Source: Takakia lepidozioides (lineage: Eukaryota > Plantae > Bryophyta). Taken from it: a stretch of DNA of 64,000 bases. This document shows, piece after piece, positions 53,577 through 62,649 of this stretch (positions are counted from its first letter, which is position 1; every line of letters begins with the position of its first letter). The translations under genes and the position numbers were made by a program. The stretch is taken from contig CM060732.1 of assembly GCA_030704615.1 (NCBI GenBank), positions 25,172,001-25,236,000 of the forward strand, read 5' to 3'. The notes beneath the pieces are model-generated. The model did not search any database and was not told the origin of the DNA. It saw only the letters and a program-made list of their open reading frames with translations.

Positions 53577-54272
53577 TTAATGTGGCAATAACCAAAACTC
53601 TCTTCTGTAATATCTCTCGTATATGCCTGGGTTTCTTTCAAGCTTCAATGCACCCTTGGCTATACTAGAAGTCTCCGTTACCATATAACCATATGGCAAA
53701 CAAGTCTGGAAAGCTGTTCTTGGTGTAAGTTTGATCCACAGAATATCCTTTGGAATCCAATTCTTTACCAGTACAAGCTCTTCATGCATATGAGTATAAA
53801 CATTCACCTTCCTTTCCTCCCAGCCTTCAAACTCTACTTGCTTAATGGATAGCAATGCTATCACATAAACCAGTGTTGATAACCAACGTGCTCTTCCTCT
53901 ACAGGCCACCTGATAAATCTTTATTACTCCTTTCTCCAGACCCCACTCAGGGTCAGCATCATGCACTCTCTCAAGAATGTTTTCTTTATAACCGTCGGGC
54001 AATTCCAAGAACCTCTGAAAGAATCGTTTGGACAATCTTTCCTTCTCAGTTTCACAGGGAATTTGATTCACATCAAATTCTTTAATTCTCCATCCACCAT
54101 GATCCCACCAGATGCCTGTCACATCTGGTTGTTCATGACCCAGTTCCCCAGTATTGTCGCCAAATGTCGAGCGGCTTTTACTCACCCATCCCTTCGCTAT
54201 CCGAGGCGGAAACTCCAAGATAGAAGAGTCGGATATCTCTAAGCACTCAGCCCGCTCAGTACAATCAGTCAT
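53577..54272 (-). CDS. Extra ORF (231 aa) upstream of gag, starting inside the 5' LTR
   Basis: Uninterrupted ORF from an ATG in the LTR through the PBS, ending 21 bp before the gag ATG. Confidence 0.6.
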   Translation of the reverse strand: MTDCTERAECLEISDSSILEFPPRIAKGWVSKSRSTFGDNTGELGHEQPDVTGIWWDHGGWRIKEFDVNQIPCETEKERLSKRFFQRFLELPDGYKENILERVHDADPEWGLEKGVIKIYQVACRGRARWLSTLVYVIALLSIKQVEFEGWEERKVNVYTHMHEELVLVKNWIPKDILWIKLTPRTAFQTCLPYGYMVTETSSIAKGALKLERNPGIYERYYRREFWLLPH

Positions 54273-55196
54273 GACCTGCAGCTAGTGAATCATGGTTGTG
54301 CTTCCCCTTTGTATTCCTTCTTGCCTTCATGTTAACAATTTACTTTATCTGAAACTGAAGCATCAGTTTGCTTTAGTATCTTCTTAGTTCCAGTTAATCA
54401 TGCATTCATTTCACAGCTTCGCTCATGTCTCTCTACACAGTGTGCTTGTATCGAATAAGTTTCAGATTACGATTGATCAGGTACTAGGCCAATGTCAAGT
54501 GACTCTAATCCACCCTATAGTATCACTACAGTTTTGCATGAAGTAAAGCATCTACTGTTCATCTCTCCTCCTACTCCGTGCTCTTGTTCTTGCTCTCCGC
54601 CCGATCTCCTCTCCTCCATGACCATCAAGCGCTCCCCCGTGTCGTCCTTCTTTCCGTTGCAACTCTCCTTATCTGCCCCCCAAGCTGTTCTAACCACCTA
54701 ACTAATTAACCGTTATCCCCGATGTATCACAATCCTTCTGCAGATGTCGTTCCCTCATAGTCGTTCCCTGCCATTGATAACTGTTCCCCATGTACTGTGA
54801 CAGGCTGTGTCAAGCTGTGCCGAGCTGTGACTGGCTGTGTCGGCTGTGTTGGCTGTGACTGGCTGTGACTGGCTGTGACTGGCTGTATCAGGCTGTGTTG
54901 GCTGTGACGGGCTGTGTAACCCCCCCCTAAAGCCCGCTGCTATCACCCCTAAGGCTCCTGTTGGTCTCAGTCTGCGCAAAAATTAAGGGTACCCCACAAA
55001 ACCCGTAAAAGCGTCTAAGTCCCAAACAGCCCTCTAACAGGGGGGGGGGCAGTTCCGGAGGCCGGTTAATAGCGAACGAGGGCGGAGAGCTTGAATAAAA
55101 TAGCAAGAGGCATCTCTTGGCCCTCCAACAAATATAACACGAACGGGCAAAATGAAGAGAAGGAATGGGAGGGGTTGAATAAAGCAGGAGGGTCCT

Positions 55197-55203
55197 TTAT
55201 AAG
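55197..55203 (+). promoter_or_regulatory. TATA-like box ~30 bp upstream of the 5S rRNA gene
   Basis: TTATAAG at about -32 to -26, as in plant 5S upstream elements. Confidence 0.75.
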
Positions 55204-55228
55204 TAGCAAGCGCTGAGGCTTCATGCTG

Positions 55229-55347
55229 TGGTGCGGTCATACCAAGGCTACTACACCAGATCCCATCAGAACTCTGAAGTTAAGCGCCTTTGGGCCGGAA
55301 TAGTACTGGGATGGGTGACCTCCCGGGAAGTCCCGGTGCTGCACCCC
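55229..55347 (+). rRNA. 5S rRNA: 5S ribosomal RNA gene (full length, moss-type sequence)
   Basis: GGTGCGGTCATACCAAGGCTACTACACCAGATCCCATCAGAACTCTGAAGTTAAGCGCC...AGTACTGGGATGGGTGACCTCCCGGGAAGTCCCGGTGCTGCACCC; box A and box C intact; 5' and 3' ends pair. Confidence 0.97.
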
Positions 55348-55371
55348 GCGGAGCTGCCTGCCTGCCCCCTC

Positions 55372-55377
55372 TTTTTT
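55372..55377 (+). terminator. RNA polymerase III terminator (T6)
   Basis: First run of 4 or more T downstream of the 5S gene, 24 nt after its 3' end. Confidence 0.75.
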
Positions 55378-55973
55378 CCAAAACGTTTTCTCTCTGCCCC
55401 CCGCCCGCCCCTCCTTCCCCTCCCCACCCCCTCCTCCCTCCACTTTCAAATATTTATATCCGCCCAACTCTGTTCTTTACCCGAAACACAAGCATATGTG
55501 TATGGGGCTAAAAACCCCTTGTTTTGTTGATACCATACATGATTATGTTTGTGCCTTTGGCATGGTGGCCCGGAGTAGAAGAACCCTCCCACCGAGGTTA
55601 GCTATTTCATGAGCATGAGCGGCATGAGCGGAGTAGTAAGACAATCGGTTTTCATGAGCAGAAGTACAAATTTCGAAAATAAAAAACAATAAAAAACATT
55701 AATTTAATGCAATGTGTCAGGAAAAACAAATATATTATTCGGCCCCTTGAAGGGAAAATTGTAGTTTTGACAGTTGTGCTCATGATATTTCGTCTTCCGC
55801 TCATTCCAATTCCCAGTGACATGTGCAAATATAGCGCTGAATTTCGCGGTAATAGGGTCCGTAACTTGAAAAAACGGTGACGTATTTCGCGGTAATAGGT
55901 CTCTCTGGCGAAAAATGGTGCCGAATTCCGCGGCTATAGGTGCCCTCATGACAGGTAATTCAGCGCCATTTTT

Positions 55974-56262
55974 CCAGTGCATGTTCGGACTTAGCCAGTT
56001 TTCGGCGCAAAATAGGGAAATTCGGCGCCATTTTTCCAAACACTGTACCAGTGCATGTTGGGACTTAGCCAGTTTTCGGCCCAAAAAGAGAAATTCGGCG
56101 GCATTTTTCCAGACACGGTACCAGTGCATGTTGGGACTTAGCCAGTTTTCGGCCCAAAAAAGAGAAATTCGGCGCCATTTTCCCAGACACAGGTACCAGT
56201 GCATGTTGGGACTTAGCCAGTTTTCGGCCCCAAAAAGAGAAATTCGGCGCCATTTTTCCAGA
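55974..56262. repeat. ~74-bp tandem repeat x4
   Basis: Units start at 55974, 56048, 56121 and 56196; each contains GCCAGTTTTCGGC and GAAATTCGGCG. Confidence 0.92.
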
Positions 56263-56415
56263 AATGGCCCCACAACTGCTCTGTTGGATCTCAGTTTGAA
56301 TGGAATATTGCCTCATTCCAGGAGTTTTGGGGTGCATTTCATTACACTGCAAAAAAAAGTCTGATACAGCAAAATGCAATTGAAAATATCCATATGGAGG
56401 ATTCCCTTTGCCCCA

Positions 56416-59400
56416 TCAATGATTTCTGGAATCCCTAAGGAGGAGTTTGTGCAGCTCGTTCACGCTCAACGCCATTGCATGAATAAAGTCATCAATAGTC
56501 ACGTTCATCCTCAACCTCTTCAAGTAAATGTAATACAGATGCTTGCACGGATAATACTTCGAACCCTTCTTTGCTTCCATCAACGAGAAGTCCGTACAAT
56601 TGCAAGTCGGCTCCACTCCAATCGTAATTGTGTATACATCGTCGCGTACAGCCGAGCCGGCCGTTGCCATCCGATACACACGCCCAAGGCCGGGTGGGGG
56701 TACGTCCACGGAGCTCTGAATAGTGCAAGCCATCCCAAGAGCATTGGCAATCCGAGTCTCATTCAACTTGTTGGGAGGGTGTCGTCTCTTCACTCTTCCG
56801 AATCGCATTGTGCGATGTGCAGAATTGTCCAATCCGTCTCTACTAGACCGAGCAGTCTGCAATGGCTGGGTCTGAGGAACCGGAAATGCGTGGGCCGGGA
56901 TGTCTGTGCGTTGCACCATTCGAAATCCTGCTGCAGATAGAGCATCCGCCTCATTCTGAGAGAGGCTGCAACCCGGTGCAACAGGCTAGACGCCCGGAGG
57001 CTCCGGCATTCCCTGAATCTCGTACTTGGGCTTGCCAAATACACAGGTCATTATGTCGTGCCTACAGAACCAAAATGTCTGCGTTGTGGCATGAGCAAAT
57101 GTGGGAGTCAAAAATCTGCCGCTGAAAAAGGTGCAGGTACCACACCGTGTGGGTTCCTCCGAATCATCTCACCACAGCGTGCTCTCGTATCCACCCGGAT
57201 GGCGCAGCACTTCCCTCGAAATGCCGGCAATGTCCTCGCAATTCTCCACTGTGACTCCGACACTCTTGTCTCCACAATGGGAATGTTGTACTGCTTTACT
57301 ACAGATGGCTCGTTATGTTGCCGGGCACGCGCCTTGTGCTCAAAGGAGATGACGATCTTGAACGTGCAGGACTTGCGGTGCTCGACGAGACCTCCTCGGG
57401 CAACATCGCCGGACCACGAGAGAGCGTGCGAATATTCTTGTCAGCTCGCCATGAATCATCTTCTCCGCCAGGTGCCTCGTCAAGCTCTTCGTCTCGCTGG
57501 ACGGGTATGAACATGTCCTTCCAAATGTTGGCCTCTTCGCAGCAATGGCGTGTCCCGAAGGCCCTCTCGCAAGGCCGCCGCCCACTTCCGAGGATTCTTT
57601 GATCTAGAGGCAGTCCGCATCAGCATTTCCTGCCTGTCCGGCCCCAAGCCCCACTGTTTCCCTTTCAAGAACTCGTTGTACCTGCTTTGCTGCATAATTG
57701 ACCTCACAATGTCCTCCGTTGTGGCAGTGAGGATGTCCACCAGATGCGCCGCAGAGGAGGCACGCCAGGAAGAGTGCACTGATTCGGCCATGTTTGTCGT
57801 GGGCATGTCGGTGTCGGAGTCGAGACACATTTCCTGCACAAGCACATGTTGAGGTTACAAGCAAGTTTACAAATATGGCCAAGAATAATATTCAACGGGA
57901 CGCGAATTCGTGCAACTCACCTCCCGCATATAGTCGCCGAACTGGAGGAAACGATAATGCCACCATGCTAGCCAACTGACCATTGCTCCCTCGTCTGATT
58001 TCCTTACAACACCTGACGATGTCCACCAAGCCCGTATACATGCAAACTGTGTCTCTGCATCATCCAAGGTGGGAGCGCGCTTCCACGCAAGGCACATGGA
58101 ATGGTGCTCCTCTCTAAATCTGGCGCCACGAGCCTGGTTGTGTACTGCGAAAGGCTCTGCAGAAAATGGAACCCACAAGATCTCTCCTTGCCTTCCATGG
58201 GAACATTGGGGTCTTCCCCGTACACCCTTCGGATGGCAGCCCAATTTGCTTGTGCGTTGTCCGCCATGAAACCACGGAAATTGGGAGGGGGGCAATCCCG
58301 CCTTGGCCATCTGTTCGTTTATTCCCTGCCAAAGAAGCATCTCCGATTGTGTGTCCTCTCCTTTCATCTCACAAATAGCAATTGTCATTAGCATCCTGCA
58401 GTGGGTGTCGTAGACATGTGCACCCATTGTCACCCACTGGTGATTTGTAATTCGCTTGATATGGTCGAACATGACCCAACTGTTTGACAAGTCCCCACTC
58501 GTCATCCTGTGGACCAGTTCGACGCCGCTGCCAGGTCCACACGTGGACATTTTGAATACGAAACAACTTTCTGCCTCAGTCCTTTGTCCTGGAAACCGAC
58601 TTCCATGAATGTAGTCATATCCACATCGTCGCTTCACCTCCAGAATGGAGTGCATATCCGAGCCACGCCCAATTTTCTGTTTGCATGACACAATGTGGTT
58701 TCGGACATTCGGTGAACAGACGTGGGACACCGACTCCAGCAATGCCTTCATTTCCTTGTCATCGAGAGGAACTCTGTCGGAGCCGTCTTCCGACATAATT
58801 CTGGCCAACGCCATCTTATGGGCGGCTTGGAGCTGTATCTGTTTGGGTTTGGCACCCGGTCTCAACTTAACCTCCTCCTGAACGAGTTGCTCTGCCTCGT
58901 GGGCAGCCTCCCGCGAGTTCCCCCTCGCCAATTGGTGACAATGGGATCCAACGTGTATGCAAGCTCGGGTGAGGTCAGGGAAACGGTGCAACACATAGAA
59001 CTGCTTGGCATTAACAGACATGCAGTGTGGTGGTTCTTTGCAATGCGCACACTTAAATGTGGAGTTTGTAACCTTCTCCTGAGCTCGAAATGGTTGATGA
59101 GCTGTGCCTGTCCAATCGGTCTCGTTCCTGTGACCTCTGGATTTAAAGTGGAAGCAAGTTGGGGAGAAACACTGCAACGCCCCGCACAAACGTAGCGCAC
59201 CCGCACACCATCGAGCATCTTCATGCTGGTGGTTTTGGTAACGCACCAAGGATGACCGTCATGTTTTCTATCCATATTTGTCAACATTCCGGACGCCCTT
59301 GAGTAGTCCGCCCGAGGAGGGAACTCAAAGAAGATATTACCGTCGATGTCGGCGGGAAGGCATGTAACCGATTTAATTGCGAACTTGCTGTAGTCCAGCC

Positions 59401-60016
59401 CGGCCAGCTCCGACCGGTGTCCCTCCAGGTGAAGCCCTCGCAGAATTTCAAGAATAGATCGAACTGCGGTGCTCGTGCTGGGAATATGACTCCCTCCTCC
59501 ACTGACGTCCATTGAGGACTTGCCTGATCTCCAGGACGACCTCGGAACTTCCATGACCTCGTCTGAGTCGGACAGGTTGTGAACAACCCGGTTCTCGCTC
59601 GTCTTCATGGATGGGTTCGGCTTTGGATTTACTTCGTTGCGGACTTCTCTCTTTGAGGTAGTCACTCTCTGATTCGCGGATTGTTTTGTGGAAGGCGCCA
59701 GGATAGAAGGTACATTTGGCGGGCAAATGAAGTCCCCAACAGCCCTGTATATGACGCTGTCCGATGGTGGAACTCGCCATTCCCTGCCATCGCCGAAATC
59801 ATCGTGGAGCACAACAATACTCTCGACAACAATGCCGTTTGAGTCCTTCCTTTCCTCCTCCAAAAAAACCGACCTCGGTTTCAGGTGGTATCGAACGCAC
59901 AGATATTTCTCCATCACCTGGCAGATGTCCCCTCTGCACGGAAATGAAGCTCTATGCTCGTGAGGAGGGCAGTACACTGTAGCGCTCGGGTTTTCCGCCA
60001 TGGGAGATGTGCACAC
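56416..60016 (-). mobile_element. Mutator-like (MULE) DDE transposase gene with N-terminal GCM/WRKY-like Cys/His domain and C-terminal SWIM finger; frameshifted as assembled
   Basis: Joining the frames gives DGHPW...CAGALQC...C..CAHC...HVGSHCH; WVMFDH (D1); FMADNAQANW (D2); CGFHF (CxxH); TTNMAESVH (E); SWIM CNCTDF...PCKH. GT-AG intron at 57834-57920. Confidence 0.82.
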
Positions 60017-60265
60017 AAGACTGCCAGGATGGCGTGCAGGGAAGCTCCCTGGTAGAAGGGGGATGCAGCGATGGGAAGGAATGCGGTGCCGATTTGTCCG
60101 AGCGGCAAAGCCTGATCCAAATCCATGGAGCCAACTATCTCAAAAATCCATAGTCAGAGTGTTAATGAACCTTGTCTCCGGAATGCGGCCCTGGTCTTTG
60201 CGCAATAATTGCCAACGGTATGCAGTCAGAAAGTGGGGGGCCGTCCGGATGATGTCGGCTGAAGG

Positions 60266-61325
60266 GGAGAAGCCGGCACCCGTGCCGTCACATTACTACC
60301 CCCGAATGGAAATTCGGCACCCAATATCCAACAGGGCCGCACGGATGAAGTCGTCTGGGGCAGAGATGCCGGCACCTGTCCGACAGAGAATATCCCCCGG
60401 ATGGAAATTCAGCGCCGAATTTCCATTCGGATCCCCCCAAAGGAAGTCCTGTCGGGGGGTCAGGCCGAAAACTGGCCGACATAAAAACCTCCGCGGATGG
60501 AAAAACGGCGCCGAATTTCCATCCGAGGCCTTTCGGATGCAGTCGGCTCGGGGGAAAGGCCGCCATCTGGCCCTCACATTACAACCCCCGGACGGAAATT
60601 CGGCACCGAATATACAACAGGGGAAGCCCGGATGAAGTCGCCTCGGGCGCAGAGGCCGGCGCGTGTGCGACAGAGAATATCCCCTGGATGGAGATTCGGC
60701 GCCGAATTTCCATCCGGCCCCCCCAAAGGAAGTCGTGTCGGGGGATCAGGCCGAAAACTGGCCGGCATAAAAACTCCCCAGATGGAAAAGGCGCCGAATT
60801 TCCATCCGGGCGGTTCGGATGCAGTCGGGGAGGGGGGAGAGGCCGGCACCTGGCCGTCACATTCAACCCCCGACGGAAATTCGGCACCGAATATCCAACA
60901 GGGGACGCCCGGATGAAGTCGCCTCGAGCGTAGAGGCCGGCACGTGTTCGACAGAGAGCATCCCCCGATGGAAATTCGGCGCCCGAATTTCCATCCGGGC
61001 CCCCCAAAGGAAGTCGTGTCGGGGGTCAGGCCGAAAACTGGCCGACATAAAACCTCCTCAGATGGAAAAAAAGCGCCAAATTTCCAGCCGGGGCCGTTCC
61101 AATGCAGTCGGGAGGGGGGAGAGGCCGGCACCTGGCCGTCATATTTCAACCCCCGGACGGAAATTCGGCCCGAATATCCAACAGAGCGGCGGAGAGGCCG
61201 ACACCTCTCCGACAGCGACCATCCCCCGGATGGAAATTCAGCGCCGAATTTTCATCGGGGCCCCCTCAAAGGAAGTCGTAAAAACCTCCCAGAATGGAAA
61301 AACGGCGTCGAATTTCCGTCCGAGG
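60266..61325. repeat. ~285-bp GC-rich tandem repeat x~3.5, rich in palindromes
   Basis: Units start near 60266, 60556, 60836 and 61119; each has several GGATGGAAATTCGGCGCCGAATTTCCATCC-like palindromes, and the full units carry GCCGAAAACTGGC. Confidence 0.9.
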
Positions 61326-61444
61326 CTGTTCCGATTTGCCTCTAGCAGTCAAGGATTCCAAGAAAACGTGTCTACAAGTGCACTTCAGCCACAAAACAAA
61401 CAGTTAGGTTTTTTTTTCTCCGAAAAATCAATCGGACACGCTCA

Positions 61445-61925
61445 GAATTACCTGCAGGAAGGTAATCCAGCGCTTCGAAATACCTGGCGAATGGAAATTC
61501 GGCGCCGAATATCCATACGCCAGCGATCCGACTTACCTGCTGGATGGAAATTCGGCGCCGGATTTCCATCCATCCGCCTCCGATTTACCTGCGTGAGGGA
61601 AATTTCGCGCGCCGCCCTACCTGCGCGGATGGAATCCGGCGTCGGATTTCCATCCATCCGCTTCTGAATTACCTGCGTGAGGGAAATTTCGCGCGCCGCC
61701 CTACCTTGCAGGATGGAAATTCGGCGCTGAATTTCCATCCTGCTTGGCTCCGAATTACCTGCGTGAGGGAAATTTCGCGCGCCGCCCTACCTTGCAAGAT
61801 GGAAATTCGGCGTTGAATTTCCATCCTGTTGCGCTCCGAATTACCTGCAGGATGGAAATCCGGCGCCGGATTTCCATCCTGCATCGCTCCGAATTACCTC
61901 TACGTTGAAATTCCGGGCCGAGTTC
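61445..61925. repeat. ~85-bp tandem repeat / palindrome array
   Basis: TTACCTGCGTGAGGGAAATTTCGCGCGCCGCCCTACC plus palindrome units at 61586, 61669 and 61755; perfect 38-bp palindrome at 61846-61883. Confidence 0.9.
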
Positions 61926-62649
61926 CGTCGTTTTTCATCCGACATTGAAATGGAGGGCTTCATCCGACATTTAATTGCGCAATTGGGCAATAAATGTCCA
62001 CCGCCGTCCGGTTTCATTCGGGCTGGCGACACATGGCTTTCCTGGATACGTACCCTAAATCTGATGCTAATCTTGGCTTAACATGCTATTCGAGGCATGT
62101 ACCCCAAAAACGGAGATCTTTTTCCATTTTGGCTGGGACTTATGCCGCCTGAAGGGCGTGGCTCTCCTGAGAGAGACCTCACATCCAGACCGCGGCGGAA
62201 GGTGAAAGCTCTGTACTACGACGACGGCCAATCTCTCGCATGGCCAAACTAAAGCTCCAGCAGGAGATTCCAGTGTCTTGCTCACAACCCGCCAACTGAA
62301 GCCGAGTACTCTCAGGCAAGCACTTCTGCTTTCGCTTTGTTTGCTTTCGCTTCGCTTTCGCTTTGTTGCCTCGCTTTGTTTTTGCATCTTCATCCTGGCT
62401 TCGCTGGATGAGTGAACCTTAGATAGTTGAGTGAACCTTAGATTGTTTGCAATGCGTGTGCAAATCCGGCAGCTCTGGAGAAGGCTGCTTGTGCATATCA
62501 TTCTCAGGCAATGGTTTGCATTTGTTTCATTGTTGTTGCATGGCTCTCCATACTTCCTAAACTTGTTATGTTTTTCATTTTTGTTACGATTGTTGCTATT
62601 GGTGGGCGATGTTGGTTTGGCACCGATGTTGGTTCTCACGATTTTGGGA

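Larger units (their letters stand above)
48051..55039 (-). mobile_element. Non-chromovirus Ty3/gypsy retrotransposon (Athila/Tat/Phygy-like), 3'-truncated within the integrase
   Basis: 5' LTR 55039-54165 (875 bp, TG...CA), PBS TGGCGACAATACTGGGGA (54162-54145), extra ORF, then gag-PR-RT-RNaseH-INT. Confidence 0.93.

Noticed and set aside
47183-55039. DIRS-type retroelement with inverted terminal repeats
   Set aside because: It encodes a DDE integrase and aspartic protease, not a tyrosine recombinase; PPT and PBS positions show two separate LTR elements.
1-55229. A single 55-kb giant transposon with 190-bp TIRs
   Set aside because: The shared boundary (G-run) faces inward and homology runs outward into 5S, so the repeats belong to units outside the interval; the interior holds ordinary host genes.
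54165-55347. Cassandra TRIM (5S within LTR)
   Set aside because: The 5S gene is complete, lies outside the LTR, and has its own TATA and terminator; the left LTR has no 5S sequence.
55704-56379. ORFs of 104-189 aa over the 74-bp array, and similar ORFs at 60000-61900
   Set aside because: They are translations of GC-rich tandem repeats, open on both strands with no protein-like features.
55974-61925. CRISPR array interpretation of the regularly spaced palindromic repeats
   Set aside because: Sequences between palindromes are themselves repeated rather than unique spacers, there are no cas genes, and the context is eukaryotic.
55040-62000. 45S rDNA intergenic spacer with linked 5S
   Set aside because: No 18S, 5.8S or 26S sequence is in the window and a transposase lies within the region. 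Not fully excluded without flanking data.
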